IMG/VR virus record: IMGVR_UViG_3300033146_004404
Span: 64,001 to 128,000 of that record
Source of the DNA: a virus
Taxonomy: Duplodnaviria > Heunggongvirae > Uroviricota > Caudoviricetes
Direction: 5' to 3' (one strand)
Length of the DNA stretch: 64,000 nucleotides
This document shows, piece by piece, positions 57,381 through 64,000 of the stretch (position 1 is the stretch's first letter; every line of letters begins with the position of its first letter). The translations under genes and the position numbers were made by a program. The notes beneath the pieces are model-generated. The model ran no database searches and was not told the origin of the DNA. It saw only the letters and a program-made list of their open reading frames with translations.

Positions 57381-57416
57381 TTATCTTTACCTATTGAAAT
57401 TATTACGTAAAGATAA
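57381..57416. promoter_or_regulatory. two divergent copies of candidate late-promoter motif GTAAAGATAA
   Basis: TTATCTTTAC at 57381-90 and GTAAAGATAA at 57407-16, each 27-28 nt from a divergent start codon. Confidence 0.6.
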
Positions 57417-57444
57417 CTATAGTAAAACTTTTAGGAGATTAAAA

Positions 57445-57906
57445 ATGACTTTAGCCAATATAGACGTGGAAGACAACTACTCTAAAAAATTGAGTGTTCA
57501 AGCTTTTTATAACAGTATTGAAACTTATCATCAAAGAGTTGATAAAATTTTAATACTAATACAAGACTACTTTGATGAACACAAATCTAAAAGACATAAT
57601 CGAGAGTTTATGGCAATAGAAATAATTTACGGAGAAGTTATAGAATCTACACATGATCTAAATACTGAGCTAAAAGAAAAGGTAGTTTCTTGGTTAAGGA
57701 ATGAAAAGACAGAACTTGAAGAATCAATTTATACAATAGAACTAGATCATAAAATTTTTCTTTGTAAAATTTTTGAATTTAATGAAGGTGGAACTGTTCT
57801 TGCTGGATATGTTTTAAATGAAACAGCTTTTGTAAGAACTTTTATATCTAAATTTAGTGAAAAAAGAATTATGGAGAAATACGAGAAAATACTATCAATA
57901 ACTTAG
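57445..57906 (+). CDS. hypothetical protein
   Basis: Likely ATG 57445 with AGGAG RBS (ORF track 57394). Confidence 0.7.
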   Translation: MTLANIDVEDNYSKKLSVQAFYNSIETYHQRVDKILILIQDYFDEHKSKRHNREFMAIEIIYGEVIESTHDLNTELKEKVVSWLRNEKTELEESIYTIELDHKIFLCKIFEFNEGGTVLAGYVLNETAFVRTFISKFSEKRIMEKYEKILSIT

Positions 57907-57915
57907 GAAGATGAA

Positions 57916-58416
57916 ATGGCTAACGATACAGAGCAAGACTTAATAAACAGAAAAGCGCAAGAGCTTAGAGAAAAAGAAAAGATGGATGAAAAACTTGATG
58001 TCGTTATGAAATCAGCTTCAATTTATCCAGATGTAATTAAATCTTTAAGCGGCTTAAGAAAATCAGTAGAAGTTCTTGTTAGAACTATAACAGAAGTAGA
58101 AGAAAGACAAGACACTCATATAGATAATTGTGTGCAATCAGATGCTGACTTAGATCACGTCTTTGAAAAAGTTAGAGAAATAAGTAAAAATATAGAAGAT
58201 CTTGAAAATAAACTAGTTGATAAGAATAACGCAGGATCTTTAATTGAAGTTATATCTAATCTAATAGGAGCACAGAATAAGATGATGACAGATCAAAATA
58301 ACCCAGGATCTGTTTTATCAGTATTAAAAAAGAGTACAAATTTACAATCAAGAATTACATGGTTGTTGATGACCGTGGTGACTATAATAACCATGGTAGA
58401 TAGATTTTTTATGTAA
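57916..58416 (+). CDS. coiled-coil protein with C-terminal transmembrane helix
   Basis: Heptad-rich body, ends RITWLLMTVVTIITMVDRFFM. Confidence 0.65.
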   Translation: MANDTEQDLINRKAQELREKEKMDEKLDVVMKSASIYPDVIKSLSGLRKSVEVLVRTITEVEERQDTHIDNCVQSDADLDHVFEKVREISKNIEDLENKLVDKNNAGSLIEVISNLIGAQNKMMTDQNNPGSVLSVLKKSTNLQSRITWLLMTVVTIITMVDRFFM

Positions 58417-58527
58417 AAAATCTATCTACATCTTTAACTACATATAGTTTTGACAATATAGAATTAATATAATCAAGAATTATATCGAGCTTAATATAAA
58501 TATAGTTTTTGGAAAACTATACAGTAT

Positions 58528-58560
58528 AAAGACGGTCACTTAATAGTGACCGTCTTTTTT
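58528..58560 (+). terminator. Rho-independent terminator
   Basis: 13-bp IR AAAGACGGTCACT/AGTGACCGTCTTT, 4-nt loop, U tract. Confidence 0.85.
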
Positions 58561-58771
58561 ATTTGTTTTCCCAAATGATTCTTACTGAATAACCAAGCTC
58601 TTCAAGAACATCAATTCTTTGCTTGTCTGCTTTCCATATTTCCACAGCTGTTTTATGAACTCTTTTGTGATAATAGTCAGATGTATAACTTTTAGGGTTG
58701 CAATGCCAATAATCTCCAAAGCATTCTATTATCTCTTCATTTTCTTGTTTGTTATAGATTCCTATTATCAT
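58559..58771 (-). pseudogene. truncated Vsr/DUF559-like endonuclease remnant
   Basis: IECFGDYWH...D...R...L...GY.V..IWE is the C-terminal half of this nuclease family; N-terminal catalytic part absent. Confidence 0.6.
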
Positions 58772-58810
58772 AAACACCCTCCTATTAAGTTAATAATAGG
58801 AGGGTGTTTA
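58771..58810 (-). promoter_or_regulatory. 17-bp hairpin occluding the RBS of the endonuclease remnant
   Basis: TAAACACCCTCCTATTA / TAATAGGAGGGTGTTTA, 6-nt loop; AGGAGG and the A of ATG lie in the stem. Confidence 0.8.
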
Positions 58811-58836
58811 TCGTGGTTTAAAGACTGGTTACTGAA

Positions 58837-61800
58837 TTAAGAACAACGGCTCCAACCACAATTGTTGCATGCTTGGCATCCTTCTTTGAAAACAAGTTCT
58901 TTATTTCCACATTCCGGACAAGAAGAAGAACTCTTAACTACTTCGCCATCTCTTATGTATCTCTTAAGAACTCTAGCTGCGGTTCTTTCAAACCCAAGGA
59001 ATTCTTTAGTCTTATTTAACTGATCTACTATGAACTGAAGTGGTATCTTATGTCTTAAATCCATAGAAATGAATCTAGCAAGACCACCATTCTTTCCACC
59101 AAAATCTTCAGATAAATCCTTAGTTATTATTTTTCCATTAACCATTAATGAATATAAACCGTCCTCATCATTTTTAATTATTTTCCCTTTAAGATTCTTC
59201 AAAGAGTTAAATTTTTCGTCGTCAGTGGACGTCACGAAGATCTCATAGGGATAATTCTCATCATACATTCCTATCAGAATTACATATTTTTCATTCTCGA
59301 ATTTAACTGTATGAATGTCGCAATTAAGTTCAGTAGGTCTTTTCGGTGCAATTCTATCTCCAAGGTCAGCAGCTTTCTTAGCTTCGTTTGTTTCAAGAAT
59401 TCCTTTCATACTTCCTTCAGGATTAAAAGTAGTAAATCCTTTTAAGCCATTATTATAAGCATGCTTAAATAGATCTTTATATTCTTCAAATGTAGTTCCA
59501 TTAGGAAGATTTAGTGTCTTGCTAATGCTATGATCTATATATTTTTGAAAGATGATCTGTACTTCCATCGCATTATAAACATCAATGTCAAAAGTTGTTG
59601 CAAAGAAGTCTGGAGCTGGTTCATCATATCCTACAGGACAATCATTCTCTTTTCTCCATTCAATGTATTTTAACCAAGCATAATCATGAACTTTTTCTTG
59701 TTTTACTTCATCCCCAAACCCTGTTCTAATATTTCTATTGTATGACAGTGAGAAGATTGGCTCTATACCTGAAGAACAGTTCTGTCCTAGCGACAATGAT
59801 GTCGTTCCAGTAGGAGCTGTAGTATTTAATGCTATATTCCTTAGCCCGTGTTCCTCTATCTCTTTCTGCATTGACTCTGGTAAGTTCTTTATGAAATTAG
59901 ATTCTAAGATCTTTTTATCAAATCCAGGAAAGCTTCCTTTTTCTTTTGCTAATGTTATAGATGAAGCGTATGAAATATCTCTTAAATGTTCCCCGATCAG
60001 CTTTGAAAGATTAAAAGATTCTTGTGATCCATATGTAATTCTCATCATAGCGAATGCATCAGCTAATCCTGTAAAACCAAGACCAATTCTTCTCCATTTC
60101 TTTGACAGTTCTTCAATCTTTTCTAGAGGATATTTAGTAACAGATAACACGTTATCTAAGAACCTTACTCCAATTGCAACTGACTCCTGAAAAGACTGAA
60201 GATCAAAGTAAGCATCTCTAGTGAAAGAATTTTTTACAAATTGTGTTAGGTTAACTGATGATAGACAGCATAGTGAGTATGCGGGCATGCAATTATGCAC
60301 TAATATTCCATTTGCAAAAAAGTTATGATCTTCTTCTACTGTTATATCATAAACATCTTCTTTTTCTCCCCATCTTACATCATCTACAACGTTAGTATAA
60401 ACTGTATCTCCACGATGCTTTAAAACTGACTTCTTTTTTACTTTAACGCCTTGGTTATAATCAGGATGTCCTATGTTTGTTATAGAAGAATGTGTTTCAT
60501 GTTTTAATTTTTCTAAATTTTTTCTAGAATTATTTAAAGTATTTTCATCTAAATGATGAACATTTAAACCTTCTTCTGCTTTTTTTCCTAGAAGATTTAA
60601 ATGATGTTCTAAAACATAATCTTCTTGAGTAGAAGACTTTACTTTTACATAATGCTCATTCTGCATGCTTCTATTTAAATTTACTAAGTGAGGGTATTCT
60701 CCTCTTCTTTTAGCTCTCTTGCCTAAATCATTCCACATGTCCAGATATTCTTTCGCTGTCATTGTTTGAGTTGGGCTTATAAAAAGTTTGTGATTTGGAG
60801 TAAGTTTTAAAACTTCTTTATTTCTAAAGTGAATCTCTATAGTTTGACTCTTAACTCCTGTCTTATCTCCCCATGTAACAAGATTTGTGTTCAGTTTTCC
60901 TTTCTTATCAACGGAATAAGCTCTTACAGTCTCTCCAGAATTAACTTTCTGAATTAAGTCTTTTATTTGGAGAATTCCAAGATCTGTATTAACTCTAGTA
61001 TCTCCAGTAACACAAATTTCTCCACAATTATGAACTAAAACACCAGAACAATTTAAATAATTATCATCAGTTTTTGTAATTATATAAAAATTATGATTAT
61101 CTTCAACTGTTAAGTCAAAAACCTCTTCTGTATCTAAATTTTCTATACTTTCAACAAAAACATCATAAGAAAAATCAACATTTTTATCTTCTTTTATAGG
61201 CAAAGGTGGAAGCTTTTCTAAAGCTTCCAAAGTTCTATCTTCGCTCCAACTATATCTTTTTGCATTAGCTAAAACATTCTTATGTCTATTATAAATAGAT
61301 CTGTCTTCGAAAGACATTTTATTTATAGGGTTGTTTTTACCTGTCCTATCTGTTTTTACCTTATGCTCTACAATAGAAATTAACTGTAAGTTTTCTAACT
61401 TATCCAAAATAGAATTATTGTTTATGTGATCTATTTGATACTCACTAGTATCGTATTTTCCATTAGAAAATTCCCACAGCATTCTATACTGTCTTGCATA
61501 ACCATTACTTTTAGAATTAATAGTTCTATAAGATTTATTTGAGTTTTTGTTTGAATAGGAATAAAACTTTCCTAGGTTTATTCCTATAGCATCTTTTGCT
61601 TCTATATATCCACCGTCTTTCTTAGCTAATCTATGTTCTGGAGTACATTTAAAGTTTGTACCATCAGACAGATTAACTCTTACTACTTCTCTTTCGCCTG
61701 TTTTAAACGCAATTGCTTCTTTTATCTCTGCTTTCCAATGACCCTGAACCCACCTTCCAGAATATACTGGAAACTTTTCATTCTCTACAGCTAGAACTCC

Positions 61801-62658
61801 AATCTCTTCTGCGTTTCTTCCATCAGCAACTGCAACTAATGTTTCTCCAGTAAAACAAGGATTTACTTCCTGTATATCGAATGCATAGTAACCATTATTA
61901 TATTTATTTACAGTATCGAGATTTAAGATGCCAGGTTCATTATGCATATAAGCATTTTCTGTCATAAGGTTATAAAGATACTTAGCTTTAACTGTCTTAT
62001 AAACTTTATTGTCAAATACAAGATCCCAATTGCTATCGTTTTCTACAGCTTCCATGAACTTATCTGTAATACCTACAGATATATTGAACTGAGTTAATTC
62101 CTTATTTGAATCACCTTGTTTCGCTGTGATAAAAGCTTCGATCTCAGGATGATCTACATTAAGAATAGCTATATGAGCTGCTCGCCTTGCTCCACCTGTC
62201 TGTATAATCTTTGCGCTTTCATTAAATACTTTCATGAAAGATAATACGCCTGAAGATTTTCCTCCGGTTGATAAGCTGGCTTCTACTGGTCTTAGCTTAG
62301 AGAAATTCATTCCAACTCCGCCACCAGTCCTTGAAATCTGTGCGTCTTCTCTAAGAGAAGCGTAAATTTCTTCTATACTATCATCAACTCCAATTGTATA
62401 GCAGTTATTGTAATAAGGCATTCTTGCATTTGTTCTTGCATTAGCAAGTATTCTTCCTGCTGGGATAAGTCTATGTTCTGCTATTTCTTTATAGAATTTA
62501 TTCTTCCAAGTTTCTCTTAGCTCAGGAGTTTCTTCTGCTGCTGCAATAGTTTCTGCTATTCCTTCAAATACCTCAAACTCATTCTTTTCATCGTTTATCA
62601 TATATTTTTTAGCAAAGATTTCCTTGCTGATATTCTGCATCCATTTATACTCTGTCAT
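58837..62658 (-). CDS. nrdJ: class II (B12-dependent) ribonucleotide reductase with two inteins
   Basis: PAGRIL, RTGGGVG, NP|CGEI|C, TTAPTGT, C-terminal TSCPD-like and Zn-ribbon domains. Confidence 0.9.
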   Translation of the reverse strand: MTEYKWMQNISKEIFAKKYMINDEKNEFEVFEGIAETIAAAEETPELRETWKNKFYKEIAEHRLIPAGRILANARTNARMPYYNNCYTIGVDDSIEEIYASLREDAQISRTGGGVGMNFSKLRPVEASLSTGGKSSGVLSFMKVFNESAKIIQTGGARRAAHIAILNVDHPEIEAFITAKQGDSNKELTQFNISVGITDKFMEAVENDSNWDLVFDNKVYKTVKAKYLYNLMTENAYMHNEPGILNLDTVNKYNNGYYAFDIQEVNPCFTGETLVAVADGRNAEEIGVLAVENEKFPVYSGRWVQGHWKAEIKEAIAFKTGEREVVRVNLSDGTNFKCTPEHRLAKKDGGYIEAKDAIGINLGKFYSYSNKNSNKSYRTINSKSNGYARQYRMLWEFSNGKYDTSEYQIDHINNNSILDKLENLQLISIVEHKVKTDRTGKNNPINKMSFEDRSIYNRHKNVLANAKRYSWSEDRTLEALEKLPPLPIKEDKNVDFSYDVFVESIENLDTEEVFDLTVEDNHNFYIITKTDDNYLNCSGVLVHNCGEICVTGDTRVNTDLGILQIKDLIQKVNSGETVRAYSVDKKGKLNTNLVTWGDKTGVKSQTIEIHFRNKEVLKLTPNHKLFISPTQTMTAKEYLDMWNDLGKRAKRRGEYPHLVNLNRSMQNEHYVKVKSSTQEDYVLEHHLNLLGKKAEEGLNVHHLDENTLNNSRKNLEKLKHETHSSITNIGHPDYNQGVKVKKKSVLKHRGDTVYTNVVDDVRWGEKEDVYDITVEEDHNFFANGILVHNCMPAYSLCCLSSVNLTQFVKNSFTRDAYFDLQSFQESVAIGVRFLDNVLSVTKYPLEKIEELSKKWRRIGLGFTGLADAFAMMRITYGSQESFNLSKLIGEHLRDISYASSITLAKEKGSFPGFDKKILESNFIKNLPESMQKEIEEHGLRNIALNTTAPTGTTSLSLGQNCSSGIEPIFSLSYNRNIRTGFGDEVKQEKVHDYAWLKYIEWRKENDCPVGYDEPAPDFFATTFDIDVYNAMEVQIIFQKYIDHSISKTLNLPNGTTFEEYKDLFKHAYNNGLKGFTTFNPEGSMKGILETNEAKKAADLGDRIAPKRPTELNCDIHTVKFENEKYVILIGMYDENYPYEIFVTSTDDEKFNSLKNLKGKIIKNDEDGLYSLMVNGKIITKDLSEDFGGKNGGLARFISMDLRHKIPLQFIVDQLNKTKEFLGFERTAARVLKRYIRDGEVVKSSSSCPECGNKELVFKEGCQACNNCGWSRCS
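60292..61014 (-). mobile_element. intein 2 of NrdJ (241 aa) with HNH endonuclease
   Basis: CVTGDT...FFANGILVHN, +1 Cys; NVHHLDENTLNNSRKNL. Confidence 0.9.
61027..61857 (-). mobile_element. intein 1 of NrdJ (277 aa) with HNH endonuclease
   Basis: CFTGET...SGVLVHN, +1 = catalytic Cys of NPCGE; QIDHINNNSILDKLENL. Confidence 0.9.
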
Positions 62659-63743
62659 TATTTAGTTCCTGTGTTATTACCGCTAGAGCCGAATCCACCT
62701 TCTGCCCTACTTGTTAAATCAAAACTTTCAACTTCTTTAAATTTTGCGTGAATTATTTCTCTAGGGATTAACTGAACTATTCTATTTGGTAGTGTTAAGT
62801 CCTTAGCGTTTTCATCTATTTTTATTAAAGGAACTTTTATTGTTCCTTGATAAGTTCTATCAATAATTCCAACTCCATTAGCTAACATATATCCAGATTT
62901 TATTATTGAACTTCTCGGGACTAAGTCAAAATAGTATCCAAATTCTGGCTGAACTATTATTCCTGTGTCGTACAGTTCTACTCTTCCTATAGTTTTAATT
63001 TTTTCTATAACAGTTAAATCATAACCACTATCACTAACTCTTTCTTTAAAAGGAGCAGCTGAGTTTTTATTCTCTCTTTTCCACTTAAAAATTGAAAAAC
63101 CACTTTCTTTAATCTTATGGCCATAAAAGTTAACCTTTTTAAATTCTGCCCACTCTCTATATTGTAATTCTTTTCTGTCAAGAAAAACATTAGCTCCTTC
63201 ATAGATTTTTCCTAAAAAATCTAATGCATTATTTCCGCTCCAAGAAACTTGTTCTTTATTTATAGAACAAGGAATATTTATTTTTTCTTTTATAGTTTCT
63301 TTAACTTTTTCTGAAATTGACGATATTTTACAATCAATAGTTCTATCGATAGAACATTTTCTAATGCTTCCATCTCCATCAAACCATCCCCTTATCATAT
63401 GATAAAAAAGCTTGTCGTCTATTTCTGGAACACTTATTTCTTTTGATTTGTTATAATCTGTTATTTTAAACAATTTCATTAAGTCTTCTGATATTTTCCG
63501 AGAGTTAATAGTAAACCCAACTAGGTTTATTTTTTTTAATGGTGATTGTTTTGATATTATGTTTTTTAATTTAGTTAATGTTTTAATATCTTTTTTATGT
63601 ATATAGATATTAAAACCACTTTTATTTATACTACCATCTGCTGCTATCCACCCTAGTAAATATGCTTTTTCTTCTGTGTCGATTTTGCTGAAGAAATTGT
63701 CATCTACATCCTTATAAATGCATCCTTTTTTCCTTTCTGTCAT
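62658..63743 (-). CDS. dut: LAGLIDADG endonuclease-dUTPase fusion
   Basis: YLLGWIAADG and IRGWFDGDG, then all five trimeric dUTPase motifs (SGYDL, PRSS, GIIDRTYQG, RIVQL, RAEGGFGSSG). Confidence 0.88.
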   Translation of the reverse strand: MTERKKGCIYKDVDDNFFSKIDTEEKAYLLGWIAADGSINKSGFNIYIHKKDIKTLTKLKNIISKQSPLKKINLVGFTINSRKISEDLMKLFKITDYNKSKEISVPEIDDKLFYHMIRGWFDGDGSIRKCSIDRTIDCKISSISEKVKETIKEKINIPCSINKEQVSWSGNNALDFLGKIYEGANVFLDRKELQYREWAEFKKVNFYGHKIKESGFSIFKWKRENKNSAAPFKERVSDSGYDLTVIEKIKTIGRVELYDTGIIVQPEFGYYFDLVPRSSIIKSGYMLANGVGIIDRTYQGTIKVPLIKIDENAKDLTLPNRIVQLIPREIIHAKFKEVESFDLTSRAEGGFGSSGNNTGTK

Positions 63744-63769
63744 TAATTCTCCTTTTTGTTTTATATTTA

Positions 63770-63798
63770 ATTATAACATATTATTCTTTTTTTGTCAA
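63770..63798 (-). promoter_or_regulatory. sigma70-type promoter (copy 4 of 4) driving dut-nrdJ
   Basis: TTGACA-AAAAAAGAATAATATGT-TATAAT. Confidence 0.9.
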
Positions 63799-63822
63799 GT
63801 TCTTATCTATGATGTTACTTAT

Positions 63823-63889
63823 TTTCTGACTAAAGAGAACTACAGTTCTCATTAATAATATACGTAAAATCGGAGATTTTACTAAGTAG
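63823..63889. repeat. ~67-bp double-hairpin element, copy B (inverted relative to copy A)
   Basis: GAGAAC-TACA-GTTCTC and GTAAAATC-GGA-GATTTTAC; reverse complement aligns to 37926-37993. Confidence 0.85.
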
Positions 63890-63891
63890 AT

Positions 63892-63925
63892 AAAAAAAGC
63901 TGTGATATTAATTTATCACAGCTTT
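63892..63925 (-). terminator. Rho-independent terminator
   Basis: 12-bp IR AAAGCTGTGATA/TATCACAGCTTT, 6-nt loop, 7-U tract on minus strand. Confidence 0.8.
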
Positions 63926-64000
63926 AACTAATTTAATTATTTATTACAGATAGATAGACCACTGTGCTACAATTTCAGTATCATGTGATTTATAAATAGG

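Noticed and set aside
58450-58473. TTGACA followed by TATAAT as a fifth sigma70 promoter
   Set aside because: The spacer is only 12 nt and it lacks the conserved spacer of the four real copies
1763-63202. Many short ORF-track entries antisense to or nested in long genes (e.g. 1763..2032, 5459..5650, 14215..14469, 53898..54182, 59738..60190, 63014..63202)
   Set aside because: Shadow ORFs of real genes, with no convincing RBS or motifs
62658-63743. Intein in dUTPase
   Set aside because: The endonuclease is N-terminal, with no N-extein and no splicing residues

Overview
This is an AT-rich 64-kb segment of a large T4-like (gp17/gp20/gp21/gp23/gp55-type) dsDNA phage, almost entirely on the minus strand, in genetic code 11. 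The host is probably a diderm anaerobe; this is inferred from the spanin-like pair, KdsB, class II RNR and many Fe-S enzymes. In order, the window holds: (1) a head/packaging module (MCP, scaffold, protease, portal, intein-containing terminase); (2) a gp55-like sigma factor, a Ro60/TROVE gene and an operon of small proteins with capsid-targeting-like leaders; (3) a lysis module (holin, C39-like peptidase, unusual spanin-like pair); (4) a 2468-aa five-module Ig+BspA-like LRR protein and other tail/fibre proteins; (5) a ~14.5-kb tailoring island (34.4-48.8 kb) inside the fibre region; (6) NrdJ with two back-to-back HNH inteins and a LAGLIDADG-dUTPase fusion. The island has eight radical SAM enzymes, a degenerate rSAM, three copies of a small CxxC-x39/40-CxxC domain, a PLP enzyme and a KdsB-like cytidylyltransferase. 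It also encodes a 233-aa protein whose two ends are (His/Tyr)-X-(Asn/Asp/Ser) triplet repeats. The most exciting candidate system is this island, read as a phage-encoded RiPP-like (triceptide/His-Xaa-Ser-like) machinery acting on a probable virion protein, with a separately promoted CMP-sugar/amino-sugar sub-pathway. Non-coding signals found by eye: four near-identical sigma70 promoters, a GTAAAGATAA candidate late-promoter motif, an RBS-sequestering hairpin, and a ~68-bp double-hairpin element present twice in inverted orientation 26 kb apart. All family assignments come from motif recognition; no database searches were run.
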